Origin: a virus
Taxonomy: Duplodnaviria; Caudoviricetes
Length of the DNA: 64,000 bases
Strand: one strand, 5' to 3'
Virus record (IMG/VR): IMGVR_UViG_3300042260_000337
Made by a program: the position numbers and the translations under genes. This document shows, piece after piece, positions 28,856 through 38,400 of this stretch. Every line of letters starts with the position of its first letter. Position 1 is the stretch's first letter. The notes beneath the pieces were generated by a model that worked only from the letters and a program-made list of their open reading frames with translations, was not told where the DNA came from and did not search any database.

Positions 28856-29431
28856 TTATTTGTTGTTACGGATTGCAGTTGATAGATTGATAGTCAGGTT
28901 GATGCCACTACTCACATCTATCCAAAACTGAAGATGTTCATCGGAATCATAGAACGAGTTGTTGATTGCAGTTTCAAGCAGTTTCAACATAAAGTCAAGG
29001 TTTTTTTCTGCAAATGTGTTCACAGAAACATCGTATAGATACATACTTTCTTCCATAACCTTTGCATAGTTTATGACAGTAGTATGAGTAGAAGCCAATC
29101 CATGCAAGTCTGCACGAATCATCCAACGAGTTGCTTCATCCATATGGGGCGTGATTTCATGATGTGCGGTTGCCAGAATGATTTCGGCAGCTTTTGTTCT
29201 GTTTGGATAGTATTTCAGCAACAACTGAGCAGAACGTTCTTCTTTCAATGGGTCTTTATCGTATACAACATCATGAAACAACACGGCATAATCCAAATCC
29301 TCATCGTATGGAGCATTCATACGCTCTAAAAACATATAGCATTCTTGAATATGATCTGGGTTATGGTATGCGAGATTTTTGGCATACCATAACTCAGCAA
29401 ATTTATTATTACCTAACCTAGACCATTGCAT
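28856..29431 (-). CDS. HD-superfamily phosphohydrolase-like protein
   Basis: YHN.DH..AVLFHDVVYD..EERSA..I.ATAHH..ADL. Confidence 0.7.
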   Translation of the reverse strand: MQWSRLGNNKFAELWYAKNLAYHNPDHIQECYMFLERMNAPYDEDLDYAVLFHDVVYDKDPLKEERSAQLLLKYYPNRTKAAEIILATAHHEITPHMDEATRWMIRADLHGLASTHTTVINYAKVMEESMYLYDVSVNTFAEKNLDFMLKLLETAINNSFYDSDEHLQFWIDVSSGINLTINLSTAIRNNK

Positions 29432-29945
29432 TTTTCAGTTCCTTGCAGTTGCCATACAAATCAAAGATGGCAACCACATCAAACCCTTCATCAATTTCAG
29501 GCTTCACGTAAGTATCCATCATACGATTGATAATATCAATCGGAATAGTCTTGCCAGGCCGACCAGCGAGGCGTTTCTGCCATTCGGCATAATCATCATC
29601 AGTAGCGGGCGGTTCAATGCACTCACACTCAACCCGATAACCAGCTTGTTTCATGCGATTGATGACCTTGCGCCGCTTACCGACACCAAGATTGGTTTGG
29701 TCCCAAATGATGGTGAGCTTGTCGCGAATGGCAACATCCAACCACTCGTTCATTTGCTTAGTGGCTTTGTCAATATACTTGTCAAACGCGAAGTCATACG
29801 ACCAGCCCATAGCGGCACCCCATTCTTCAATGAGGTTGTCTGTGCTGTAAACAAAAGCATCAGGCTCCATTGCAGCAAGCGATTGAACGCGAGTGCTCTT
29901 GCCGCTGGCAGGATAGCCAACCATGACAACACAGACAGGTTTCAT
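29418..29945 (-). CDS. P-loop kinase (AAA_33 / polynucleotide-kinase-like)
   Basis: VMVGYPASGKST, STD, IWDQTNL..KRR, R..RPGK.IP. Confidence 0.8.
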   Translation of the reverse strand: MKPVCVVMVGYPASGKSTRVQSLAAMEPDAFVYSTDNLIEEWGAAMGWSYDFAFDKYIDKATKQMNEWLDVAIRDKLTIIWDQTNLGVGKRRKVINRMKQAGYRVECECIEPPATDDDYAEWQKRLAGRPGKTIPIDIINRMMDTYVKPEIDEGFDVVAIFDLYGNCKELKNAMV

Positions 29946-30142
29946 CGAATCGTCTCCATTACGTTTCCGCTTACACGATAATATACGCTATATTCTTCGG
30001 TTTTGCAAGACCAAAAATCTTCATATTTGGTCAAAGCCTCATTTTCATTTTCAGCCATCACGATGCGAATGTCCTGAAACTCTTTGGGGTCGCACATATA
30101 ATCAGTGCGATACACAGTGCCTTTGACCAAATACGGAATCAT
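29942..30142 (-). CDS. Hypothetical protein
   Basis: 66 aa ORF. Confidence 0.5.
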   Translation of the reverse strand: MIPYLVKGTVYRTDYMCDPKEFQDIRIVMAENENEALTKYEDFWSCKTEEYSVYYRVSGNVMETIR

Positions 30143-30387
30143 AGTGCAGTTTCTTTCATATAACGAGTTGCGATTTCAAATGCTTCATCCAGCGTAAAGC
30201 GAGTAGAGGCAATAAACTCTGGTGTTCGGCTGGAAGGCATAGCCTCAAAGATACGGTGAAGTCCTTTATCCAAAACAGTTGTTTCGAACACTTTCACACA
30301 CCATTTATCTTGCCCACGCTTTTCAATGGTGACATCATCGCCAAGGTCAAACCGAGTTGCCAGTTTTAGCATATCATTTGGAGTCAT
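30139..30387 (-). CDS. Hypothetical protein
   Basis: 82 aa ORF. Confidence 0.5.
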   Translation of the reverse strand: MTPNDMLKLATRFDLGDDVTIEKRGQDKWCVKVFETTVLDKGLHRIFEAMPSSRTPEFIASTRFTLDEAFEIATRYMKETAL

Positions 30388-30610
30388 TTTCTACCCACTT
30401 TCCAGTAAGAATACCAAACGGACCAGCATACCAATAAGTAAACAGAACACTTTCGCTTTCGCTAAGTTCTGTTATCTTGCTGAAATACGGCTGGTCCAGA
30501 TTGTTGTGTCGCCAAGGAGTTTGTGACGACCAATCATCTGACCAAAAAAACTTGGTGATACGTTTCTTTGATTTCAGTTGAAACAGTTCGGTTGCCATCA
30601 TTTCCCCCAA
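30374..30610 (-). CDS. Hypothetical protein
   Basis: 78 aa ORF. Confidence 0.45.
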   Translation of the reverse strand: MGEMMATELFQLKSKKRITKFFWSDDWSSQTPWRHNNLDQPYFSKITELSESESVLFTYWYAGPFGILTGKWVENDSK

Positions 30611-30966
30611 TGTTCAATGAAGTTGTTCATGTATTCATAGATGTTTTCCGCCCCAACAGGGTTCTTGGAATGAACCATAAACGAAAAGTTTTCTGGAAGT
30701 TCTTCAATCCCATCCATCACCATTTCACTGATGCGTTGTGCGATTTCATAACCAGTCCGTTCATTTTCACCAAGGTCATGGTCAAAACTGATCATCACTG
30801 GCATACCAAAAGTGAGAATGATATCCTCAACTTCATACCAGTTGCGGGCAATAACCCAATCATGAACTTTATACATATATTGTTCTGTGAGCGATTTCGC
30901 CCAAGTCACATCACTTGGAACTCTCTCATCGTCAATGAACAGATTATAACCCATATTATTCTCCAT
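30598..30966 (-). CDS. Cyclic-phosphate-processing receiver-domain protein
   Basis: LFIDDERVP..ISFDHDLG..TGY..HSKNPVG. Confidence 0.75.
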   Translation of the reverse strand: MENNMGYNLFIDDERVPSDVTWAKSLTEQYMYKVHDWVIARNWYEVEDIILTFGMPVMISFDHDLGENERTGYEIAQRISEMVMDGIEELPENFSFMVHSKNPVGAENIYEYMNNFIEHWGK

Positions 30967-31213
30967 ATCTCAGTATGAAAGCAGCATAGTCTGATTCGCT
31001 TTGAAAGTCAAGCCAAAATCGTTTCTCTTTTTCATTGAACGTGCATCCGTGTGGTTCAAGTTCTTTATTCAAAAACTCTATGGAAAAACCATCGTCTCTC
31101 GTGTATCCAGTTTCTGGATTGGAAGAATACGTATCTTCCAGATAGTTCATAAAGTTCATCCAATAGACGGGACACACGTATAACGTATTTCCAAGGTCAA
31201 CTCTAATGGTCAT
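30956..31213 (-). CDS. Hypothetical protein
   Basis: 85 aa ORF. Confidence 0.5.
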   Translation of the reverse strand: MTIRVDLGNTLYVCPVYWMNFMNYLEDTYSSNPETGYTRDDGFSIEFLNKELEPHGCTFNEKEKRFWLDFQSESDYAAFILRYGE

Positions 31214-31565
31214 TTGTGTTCACCGAAACAATATGCCACTCGCCCCATTCATCATTCAATGTTTTTTCTTTATATCGGCAATATGTGGCGTTCACTGTCA
31301 GTTCCACATCATCAACATACGCATTTTTCACTTCAATTCTACATTCACTAAACCGAATCTCATGCGCCAGCGGAATACCAAGAATAAGATACAAAGAAAC
31401 AATCCATAATGCCATAACCACTAACAAGTTAGTTGTTCGTTGCAATGCGTAAACGAATACCAGAACGCTAATACCACACAGTGCAATAAAAAACCACAAT
31501 GCTGGCTCACTTACATGAGACGTTCCGAAAATGAGTTCGCCAAGATAGGTAAGAAAATCAATCAT
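31203..31565 (-). CDS. Membrane protein
   Basis: 120 aa, two hydrophobic segments. Confidence 0.5.
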   Translation of the reverse strand: MIDFLTYLGELIFGTSHVSEPALWFFIALCGISVLVFVYALQRTTNLLVVMALWIVSLYLILGIPLAHEIRFSECRIEVKNAYVDDVELTVNATYCRYKEKTLNDEWGEWHIVSVNTNDH

Positions 31566-31695
31566 TTTGGTCCATAAATAGTTGAAAAAGTTTCAGCCGC
31601 CCAATGTTTGGCAAACAACTTGTCCCAATACACAAAGTCTTTGCTTTGGACATTATCTTTTGCCCAAGGATTAGTGACTGCAATACTAAATCGAA

Positions 31696-32046
31696 TCATG
31701 GTTTCTTCCATAGTGTTGGTCCAAAGATGCCCCTATCTTCCACATAGCAATAGCTTGGAACATAGTATTCAATGAACCTGTCGCTCACATCTACTTTGAA
31801 AATACTTGCCCGATCTTCTGGCTTATCGCCATGATAGATGACTCGGATTGCAATATCTCTATTTGTAAGTCCGCTTTCCCATGTAGTTTTATCGTCAGAC
31901 AACATACTCTGTATGTTATGTCCAAACCAAACATCCTTGAAGTTTTGAATACATGGTTTCGGAGTGTTATATTCTTTCTGGTATACGGTGCCAGCACCAA
32001 AAGCCAATGCTGCGATACCAACGCCAAGGATAAGTTGCTTGATCAT
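31696..32046 (-). CDS. Hypothetical protein, N-terminal signal/anchor
   Basis: 116 aa ORF. Confidence 0.5.
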   Translation of the reverse strand: MIKQLILGVGIAALAFGAGTVYQKEYNTPKPCIQNFKDVWFGHNIQSMLSDDKTTWESGLTNRDIAIRVIYHGDKPEDRASIFKVDVSDRFIEYYVPSYCYVEDRGIFGPTLWKKP

Positions 32047-32282
32047 TCTTTATACTTCTCGTCAGTTGGCAGCATTTCAGTTTCGCAAGATACTGAAAAC
32101 TGGTTGGTTTCAAACACTTTCAAATCAAATAGTTTTGATTCTCGTTCTGGGTCAGCATATGCAGCTTGAATATCAGCCATTATAACTTGGCTAAGACGCT
32201 CACATTCACCTTGTGTTTGGCCTTCGTATCCCATAGAGAATACGACTGCACCAGCATACCATAGAGTTACCCAGAATGTCAT
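32043..32282 (-). CDS. Hypothetical protein
   Basis: 79 aa ORF. Confidence 0.5.
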   Translation of the reverse strand: MTFWVTLWYAGAVVFSMGYEGQTQGECERLSQVIMADIQAAYADPERESKLFDLKVFETNQFSVSCETEMLPTDEKYKE

Positions 32283-32283
32283 G

Positions 32284-32514
32284 TCATTTCCTTTTGAATG
32301 GTTTAGGCATTGTTATTTCAATGAGTTCGTCAGTGATTTCCTTGATACGAACCTTTACACTTTCGTCACCGTTGCCAAGTTTTGACAACAGAACTTGCCG
32401 CTCACGATACAAATCACCACGCTTTGACCCAATCCACAGACCAGGTGCGACTTCATATGGATCGTTCATTCTAACCCCAACATCAAACGAGCAGCAGGAA
32501 TACATTGGGACCAA
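32284..32514 (-). CDS. Hypothetical protein
   Basis: 76 aa ORF, start uncertain. Confidence 0.4.
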   Translation of the reverse strand: MVPMYSCCSFDVGVRMNDPYEVAPGLWIGSKRGDLYRERQVLLSKLGNGDESVKVRIKEITDELIEITMPKPFKRK

Positions 32515-32626
32515 AGTTCGTGTGGCAAGTTTTCGCCATATATATCTTTTTTTAGTCCCATCTTTTGGGCCGCAATCATACGGGCAAGAGGTTCTACTTT
32601 ATCTTCAAGCCAGATACGACCAAACA

Positions 32627-32983
32627 TTACTTTTCCACTTCTGGTTTTGAAATGACAGGTTCTACGGCAATCTTTTCGGAAATGTCCGCTACATATTCTT
32701 TTCTGGATTCTTCGTATGCCTTCAGAAAATCAAGGCGAACACCTTCAGAAAGTTCACTTGGAACCAATGACACATTGCTACCGTAACATCCGCGACCATA
32801 ACATGGCTCATCTTTCCACACTGGATATCCATTTTTGAGAATGGTCACTCCATCTGTTGCTACCGTGTAACCGTGTGCAGCCATATATGGGTTAAGTTCG
32901 GCTCCCCATAGTTGTGGATAAGGTTTGTCATCTATACAGGCAGATAGAAGAAGAACAAGTAGCAGTGCTTTTTTCATATCCAC
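32627..32983 (-). CDS. Putative lipoprotein
   Basis: MKKALLLVLLLSAC lipobox. Confidence 0.55.
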   Translation of the reverse strand: MDMKKALLLVLLLSACIDDKPYPQLWGAELNPYMAAHGYTVATDGVTILKNGYPVWKDEPCYGRGCYGSNVSLVPSELSEGVRLDFLKAYEESRKEYVADISEKIAVEPVISKPEVEK

Positions 32984-33177
32984 CCACTCCTGTTGCGTTC
33001 TTCATCTGTAAACTGACCACCCATACGGTCAGGGTTCAGTCGCCAGCCCATTTCACTATTGCTTTCTTCCAGCGCACTGACACGCTTTTGAAGTTGGCGA
33101 ACTGCCATTTGCAAATGTAATGCATACACCATGAGTTCTTCGTGGCTCATTTTTTCAACATCGGGAGTGTTCATCAT
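32974..33177 (-). CDS. Hypothetical protein
   Basis: 67 aa; C-terminal NPDRMGGQF motif. Confidence 0.5.
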   Translation of the reverse strand: MMNTPDVEKMSHEELMVYALHLQMAVRQLQKRVSALEESNSEMGWRLNPDRMGGQFTDEERNRSGWI

Positions 33178-33365
33178 ACTTCTCCATCCAGAGTTTTGAC
33201 GCCGCGCCGTTTCAGTTCACGAAGAATCATAAACTCAGCAGCAGCTTGATCAACCGCAGAATCAATCGCCATCAACTGTTTTGATTGAAGAACATCAAGA
33301 GTTTCAAAAAGGGAGTCATTGTCAAAACGACGAAGCAGGAAAGAACGGAAGAACAGTTTCAGCAT
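33174..33365 (-). CDS. Hypothetical protein
   Basis: 63 aa ORF. Confidence 0.45.
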   Translation of the reverse strand: MLKLFFRSFLLRRFDNDSLFETLDVLQSKQLMAIDSAVDQAAAEFMILRELKRRGVKTLDGEV

Positions 33366-33571
33366 TCTACAATCTCCACAATGTTAGCGTCATGACCAAG
33401 AGCATTACCATTCAAGTCCCAGAACAAATCATTATCGGTCCATCCATAGGCGCAGATGACAGAATCAATCCAACCATCACAACCAGCAGGAATCAAATGA
33501 ATAGTCCACTCACTGCCATCGGAAAGACGAACAACTTCTTGGCGGCGGGCGGCATCGGTGAAGTCAGTCAT
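33359..33571 (-). CDS. Hypothetical protein
   Basis: Follows motif promoter 33607. Confidence 0.5.
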   Translation of the reverse strand: MTDFTDAARRQEVVRLSDGSEWTIHLIPAGCDGWIDSVICAYGWTDNDLFWDLNGNALGHDANIVEIVEC

Positions 33572-33633
33572 ATCGTTTCCCTCTTGGCTACAGGATATGT
33601 ATACAGTGATTCGTCCTGAATGTCAAGACGAAT

Positions 33634-33825
33634 TTACTGTTCTGCCACCACTTCAAAATCATTCATCGTCATATTAGACTTGAAATCACGGTAACGAGAA
33701 TGACTATTGAACAACACGCCAATCTCAACTGTGTGTTTGTATGGATGCGCCTTATGGCCACTACCCCGACCATTCGTGGTAATAGTATAGAGCAATCCAT
33801 TTTTCTTGTAGCGAAAGAGTGTCAT
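33634..33825 (-). CDS. Hypothetical protein
   Basis: Start set at MTLFRYKK; follows motif promoter 33899. Confidence 0.45.
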   Translation of the reverse strand: MTLFRYKKNGLLYTITTNGRGSGHKAHPYKHTVEIGVLFNSHSRYRDFKSNMTMNDFEVVAEQ

Positions 33826-33914
33826 TTTACGACCTTGTATTTGAAGACATACGGACCTTTGTCTATTTGGCTTCTTTGTTGTTACTCTATTCTTATAGTG
33901 ATTCGGAGAGAATG

Positions 33915-34298
33915 TCAATCCTCTCCGAACTGGTCTTTCAACCTTTCATATAATGTTCTGTCGTTTTCTTCTTTTTGAATACGCTTGCGTTCTTCATCCC
34001 TCAACCGAAACTCGTATTCAACATCGGTTTCATAACGCTCACCATATAGGACATAAGAAGGGCCGCAAGAACAATCGTGATAGCAACCGCAATCGCGCCT
34101 TTCTTCAAATCCCATCTTTTGGTATCGGTCGCGATGTTCCGTCTGAAGACATACCAGTTCGTTGATAAGATTTTTCAGGGAACTCGTGGGATAAAGAGTA
34201 TGATGGTAATACCCATAGTCAAGGTATTCTGTGGTGCTACCATGATACGTCTTTACCGTAGCAGTGGCACCAACAGGAACACGAATCATCTTTTTCAT
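33915..34298 (-). CDS. Hypothetical protein
   Basis: 127 aa; C-terminus resembles upstream gene (RETDxE..Y..LK.KFG). Confidence 0.55.
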   Translation of the reverse strand: MKKMIRVPVGATATVKTYHGSTTEYLDYGYYHHTLYPTSSLKNLINELVCLQTEHRDRYQKMGFEERRDCGCYHDCSCGPSYVLYGERYETDVEYEFRLRDEERKRIQKEENDRTLYERLKDQFGED

Positions 34299-34690
34299 TA
34301 CAGTTCACCAAACTTTTCTTTCAAACGCAGAAACTCAACGTATTCCGCATCTTTTTTCAGTTTCTTTTTTTCGGCGGCAGCTTTACGTTTGGCGGCAGCA
34401 TCTTCTTTCCGTTTGGCTTCGGCTTTTTCACGAGCAGCTTTTTCTTTGTCGGTTTCAGTCCGATCAAAGTAATACGTGATTTTCAGTTCGTAGTCATCAT
34501 CGTAATAACCACCACGAACAGTCGTCATATCAAACGTGCCTTCGTCAACCATACCTTTGGCACGGGCTTTATCCACCACCAAATCTATGTTGGCTTTGAT
34601 TTCAGCAGCAGTGCCTTCAAAGTCGTAGCGGCTTACTTCAAACTCGTCACGAACCAACCATTCGCCTTCAACATTACGAGCCATACCCAT
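34298..34690 (-). CDS. Hypothetical protein
   Basis: 130 aa, charged C-terminal helix. Confidence 0.55.
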   Translation of the reverse strand: MGMARNVEGEWLVRDEFEVSRYDFEGTAAEIKANIDLVVDKARAKGMVDEGTFDMTTVRGGYYDDDYELKITYYFDRTETDKEKAAREKAEAKRKEDAAAKRKAAAEKKKLKKDAEYVEFLRLKEKFGEL

Positions 34691-34701
34691 TTGGTTTCCT
34701 T

Positions 34702-35064
34702 TCAGAGATTCAGTTCAGCGCGTTCTTCAGCAGTCAACTTTGCTAACGCATTCTTGCGAATTTGACGTTTACGTTCACGTTCACGCGCTTCGTTTTCCTT
34801 GGATTCCAAAGTCCAGTCCATTTCAGTCAAAGTGGAGTGGCTTTTCTCCGTATATTGGAGAGACAGAACAAAACGATTTTCGTGATCATCCCGATCAACC
34901 ACCAAAAACTCACCATTACGAACTTCAATCTCGTAGTTCATGTTGGTTGCGCGTTCCAGAGTAGTCATCAGAAAAGTTGGATATTCCGCCTTGGACTGTT
35001 CCAACAGTTCTTCTGCTTTTTTAGCGTATCGGGCATTTCTCTCTGCTTTGGTTTCGCGGGCCAT
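34702..35064 (-). CDS. Hypothetical protein
   Basis: Follows motif promoter 35101; ends ALAKLTAEERAELNL. Confidence 0.55.
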   Translation of the reverse strand: MARETKAERNARYAKKAEELLEQSKAEYPTFLMTTLERATNMNYEIEVRNGEFLVVDRDDHENRFVLSLQYTEKSHSTLTEMDWTLESKENEARERERKRQIRKNALAKLTAEERAELNL

Positions 35065-35125
35065 GATCTTCTCTCTTTTGCTTACAGGTTATGTATAAGC
35101 TGATTCGCAACAGATGTCAAGGAGT

Positions 35126-35710
35126 TTATGCCAAGATTTTGTCAGCCACTTCGTTCATATCGTGCAGGGCAAGAATACGGTCATCACTTTCGTTTTTGTT
35201 GTGACCGTGTTCAACCAAGAAGGTGGTAAGACCAAGGTCAGCGCCAACTAGGGCGTTTTCCCATTTGTCTTCAACCCAGTATTTTACACCTTCGTATTTC
35301 TTGATGTATTCGGCAAGGACTTCATCTTTGTCTGCACCAGTATCAAGGCACACTAGTTCTTTCAGCCATCCTTTTCCAAACACTTCTTCAAGGTTCCGCT
35401 GACGGGCATGTTTTGCTGCGGGGTCAAGACTGAGCGAGGTGATTACCACAAACTGATATCCTGCTTCTACCAACCGAGCAATACCAGCACGAGCACCACG
35501 AAATGCTTCTAATTCACCCATCCAAGCACTTTCATTGAACTGGCGAACCAACTGTTTCCCCAAATCACGGGGAATACCGAACTGTTTGTCAATCGCATAT
35601 TGATTTGCATCAACATGCACATATCCATGTTGGACCATCCACTTTTGGAAGGATTTCTCCCAATCTAGAATCACACCGTCACAGTCGGTGAAGATTACTT
35701 TTTCTGACAT
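35126..35710 (-). CDS. HAD-family phosphatase / 5'-nucleotidase-like
   Basis: FTDCDGVILDWE, VITS, WVEDK..N..G..LG. Confidence 0.8.
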   Translation of the reverse strand: MSEKVIFTDCDGVILDWEKSFQKWMVQHGYVHVDANQYAIDKQFGIPRDLGKQLVRQFNESAWMGELEAFRGARAGIARLVEAGYQFVVITSLSLDPAAKHARQRNLEEVFGKGWLKELVCLDTGADKDEVLAEYIKKYEGVKYWVEDKWENALVGADLGLTTFLVEHGHNKNESDDRILALHDMNEVADKILA

Positions 35711-35771
35711 TCATTTTCCTTTTCTCTTCATTATTCTTATACTACCATTCGATCTGAATGTCAAGAAGTTT

Positions 35772-35948
35772 TTAGAGATACCCTAAAACCATTCCATCAT
35801 CTTCGTCAAGAATCTCAACCAGACACTTTCCAGTTCCAGTTGGGTCTTCTTTGATACGATATTCATTCGGCTCCATCAGCCGACATGTTTCTTCCGCAGC
35901 AGCACGATTTTTGAAAACCGTGTGAGGATGATTGAGCAATGCTTTCAT
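35772..35948 (-). CDS. Hypothetical protein
   Basis: Start set at MKALLNHP. Confidence 0.45.
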   Translation of the reverse strand: MKALLNHPHTVFKNRAAAEETCRLMEPNEYRIKEDPTGTGKCLVEILDEDDGMVLGYL

Positions 35949-35949
35949 A

Positions 35950-36195
35950 TCAGACCTCCGACAGAGTGTAGTAGGTGGAGACAGAAGTTCCAGCAGCAGT
36001 CGGAACCAGCATCGGGCGAAGTTCCGAGAACACAGCATGGCCGAAACCTTTGACTGTTTTCCCTTTCATCAGAAGGCGGGCTTTGAACTGGGTGCGTTTG
36101 GTGTAGGGGTCGGTTTCAAGAGCGTAGCGAAACTCACCACCGTTTTTGAGAACTTCAACAGCTTTGATAGCGCGAGTAGAAAGTGCAGCGGTCAT
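35950..36195 (-). CDS. Hypothetical protein
   Basis: Follows motif promoter 36230. Confidence 0.55.
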   Translation of the reverse strand: MTAALSTRAIKAVEVLKNGGEFRYALETDPYTKRTQFKARLLMKGKTVKGFGHAVFSELRPMLVPTAAGTSVSTYYTLSEV

Positions 36196-36252
36196 GTCAT
36201 TCCCTCTCTGTTACAGTATATGTATAGAGTGATTCGGTGGGATTGTCAATAC

Positions 36253-36543
36253 TTATTTTTTGTATTTGTTGAGAAGGGGCGAAAGATTTATGGTAGGTTC
36301 TGGATTGGAAACAACGATCTGAGTTCTTTTCTTGATATGAACCTTCCAAGCACCCTCATTGAGTTGTTCGCATTTCAAAGCATAAGGGTCAGACGAAACC
36401 CAGTGATGAAACTGCATTTGCATCTGACCCATACCCGTAATAACAACGATGTATTTTTTGTCTTTCCAGTAACTTTCTTGTGTTACTCTGCGGTATTCTT
36501 TCCAAGCATCATGTATTGGAAACCCATGTAGGTCTAATTTCAT
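36253..36543 (-). CDS. Stand-alone Smr-domain protein
   Basis: MKLDLHG..DA..VVITGMG..N.GA..V. Confidence 0.75.
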   Translation of the reverse strand: MKLDLHGFPIHDAWKEYRRVTQESYWKDKKYIVVITGMGQMQMQFHHWVSSDPYALKCEQLNEGAWKVHIKKRTQIVVSNPEPTINLSPLLNKYKK

Positions 36544-36545
36544 AA

Positions 36546-37358
36546 TCAGTCGCCACTGTAATTATCCAAATCAACTTCGTCTTGATAAAATCCACGGCGA
36601 TACTCATCAAAGTAAATCACATGAGTTGGATGCGGTCTATCTTCTGTCCATCTAAACAAGTGCGACCGATATATACCAAACTTCACTTCTGGTGTCTTTG
36701 CGCCATTCTGCATATCTTTGTATACATCTGGTGGCAGTGTTACGCCAGCATAATCAACTACTTTCTTGCCATCAACATAGGTAATCATTCTACCAGATTG
36801 CGCGTCACCACTCCAAACAATATTGACTTCAAAGTCATGCCATTGTCCTAGCGTCAAGACATCTTTTCCGAGAGTATATTGTGTGGTGGTTTCACCTACT
36901 TTTCCGAGAATATCAATATTGAAGTTATTTTTATTCAAATGATAATATATCGAAGGAGCAGGACCAGCATGCCACTGAAAAAATATCTGCTTTGGATACA
37001 TAGGTTCATAGTCGGCTGGAATATAAACACTGAACGCATACCAAACACTTTTATCTAGTGGTGGGTTCCAACGTTCTCTTACTTCTGACCGTTCTCTATC
37101 TAACGTGCAATCATTCCAACCCTGTGATGGGTTTTCTGGATATGCAGTATAGCAATCGCCATCACGCAATTCAAATCGTAGAGCGGTTGCACCCTTTCTC
37201 TTTGTGTCGGATACAACATCATATGCGTAATCTTGTGCATCTAGGTCAATAGTCTGAAACCATTTGCCGCGATGTTCATCTACTGGAAGTTCGTCAATAG
37301 TTCCAGCTTGAACTAAAGTTGCAAACAGTAGAGAAAATACTAGAAGAAGTTTTTTCAT
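36546..37358 (-). CDS. Secreted polysaccharide-lyase-like (beta-jelly-roll) protein
   Basis: Signal peptide; RFELRDGD, ERSE, WYAFSVYIP, IFFQWH, KFGIYR, YFDE. Confidence 0.7.
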   Translation of the reverse strand: MKKLLLVFSLLFATLVQAGTIDELPVDEHRGKWFQTIDLDAQDYAYDVVSDTKRKGATALRFELRDGDCYTAYPENPSQGWNDCTLDRERSEVRERWNPPLDKSVWYAFSVYIPADYEPMYPKQIFFQWHAGPAPSIYYHLNKNNFNIDILGKVGETTTQYTLGKDVLTLGQWHDFEVNIVWSGDAQSGRMITYVDGKKVVDYAGVTLPPDVYKDMQNGAKTPEVKFGIYRSHLFRWTEDRPHPTHVIYFDEYRRGFYQDEVDLDNYSGD

Positions 37359-37678
37359 AGCGTAAACGTAGGAGCTAGACCTTCTCTAACACATTCTTGA
37401 ATGAAGCCAGCAAATCTATCTGGGTATTTCATTTTGACATGGTTGATGATTTGGTTGAAGTCTGTTGTGTCAGCAGAGTTTTTTTCAATCTTGGTGTCTG
37501 TGATATTCAAAATGGTGGTTGCAGTTTGCCACCAACGTTTACGAATACGTGTTACAAAGAAAATGGTTTCAATCATTTGCTGTGAGTTTTCTGCTTCTGC
37601 CCAACCCTTGACGCTTGTATTTACGCCAGGTGCTGGAATGTATGAGTGTTGTATTACGATGTATGCTTTTTGTGCCAT
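37355..37678 (-). CDS. Hypothetical protein
   Basis: 107 aa ORF. Confidence 0.55.
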   Translation of the reverse strand: MAQKAYIVIQHSYIPAPGVNTSVKGWAEAENSQQMIETIFFVTRIRKRWWQTATTILNITDTKIEKNSADTTDFNQIINHVKMKYPDRFAGFIQECVREGLAPTFTL

Positions 37679-37689
37679 ATTATTTTCCG

Positions 37690-38400
37690 TTAGTTTCTTA
37701 GACTTGGATTGGTTGTAGCGTCAACTGTTCTAAGTCTTCTTGCTGTTTGATGTTCTGATGCGTGTAGTAGCAGCAGCTTTCGTATTTCATTTGAATGGTT
37801 CGGCATGGTGCTATGTAGCAAACGTGGATTCCATGATATTATACTTCCTTTCGGTGCGACAAACTGCTTGTAGTTGTCTAGAAAGAAGGTGTCCCATGAT
37901 TTGTCAATTGACGTACTATCAATTGTATATTTGTGAGTATTCGGCACATAACCAGTCGCGCCGTTCATTTCATTTACATTGGTCAGTGGGACCATAAATT
38001 GAAGACCAAGGTGTTGATTGGTATATTTGAACTCCTTGAAACGATATGGAGTGTCAATATGAGGACGAATAAAATTCATTCCTGGGTATAGAACTATAAA
38101 ATCTACATGATACCAAGTCCATTTGTTTTCGCCAATGACTGCATCTGCGATTGGTGTCAATCTATTTTTTACTATATCGACTTCTGGTGATACAGCATCA
38201 TCTGTCCAATAGTATGCCCAATCAACACTATATGGATCGTTTAGTTGGTCAGTTTCTTTCCAGCCCTTCCATTTTTTATTCTTGTCATGTCCACGCTGTG
38301 GACGAAGGGTATCGCAATACGATGAGAGGGCATCTATAGTATTGTCATCAAATACTCGTTCCTGTATAAGAAACCCGTCTTCTTCAAATCTATCTATCAT
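37690..38400 (-). CDS. Phytanoyl-CoA dioxygenase family 2OG-Fe(II) oxygenase
   Basis: FEEDGFL, PHIDTPY, PLT.V.E.NGAT..VP.TH, G....WNPRLLHS..PN.S..R. Confidence 0.8.
   Translation of the reverse strand: MIDRFEEDGFLIQERVFDDNTIDALSSYCDTLRPQRGHDKNKKWKGWKETDQLNDPYSVDWAYYWTDDAVSPEVDIVKNRLTPIADAVIGENKWTWYHVDFIVLYPGMNFIRPHIDTPYRFKEFKYTNQHLGLQFMVPLTNVNEMNGATGYVPNTHKYTIDSTSIDKSWDTFFLDNYKQFVAPKGSIISWNPRLLHSTMPNHSNEIRKLLLLHASEHQTARRLRTVDATTNPSLRN

Noticed and set aside
35745-35764. Promoter with CGAATGG instead of CGAATCA
   Set aside because: Same spacing but lacks GANTC; not counted among the 16 motif promoters
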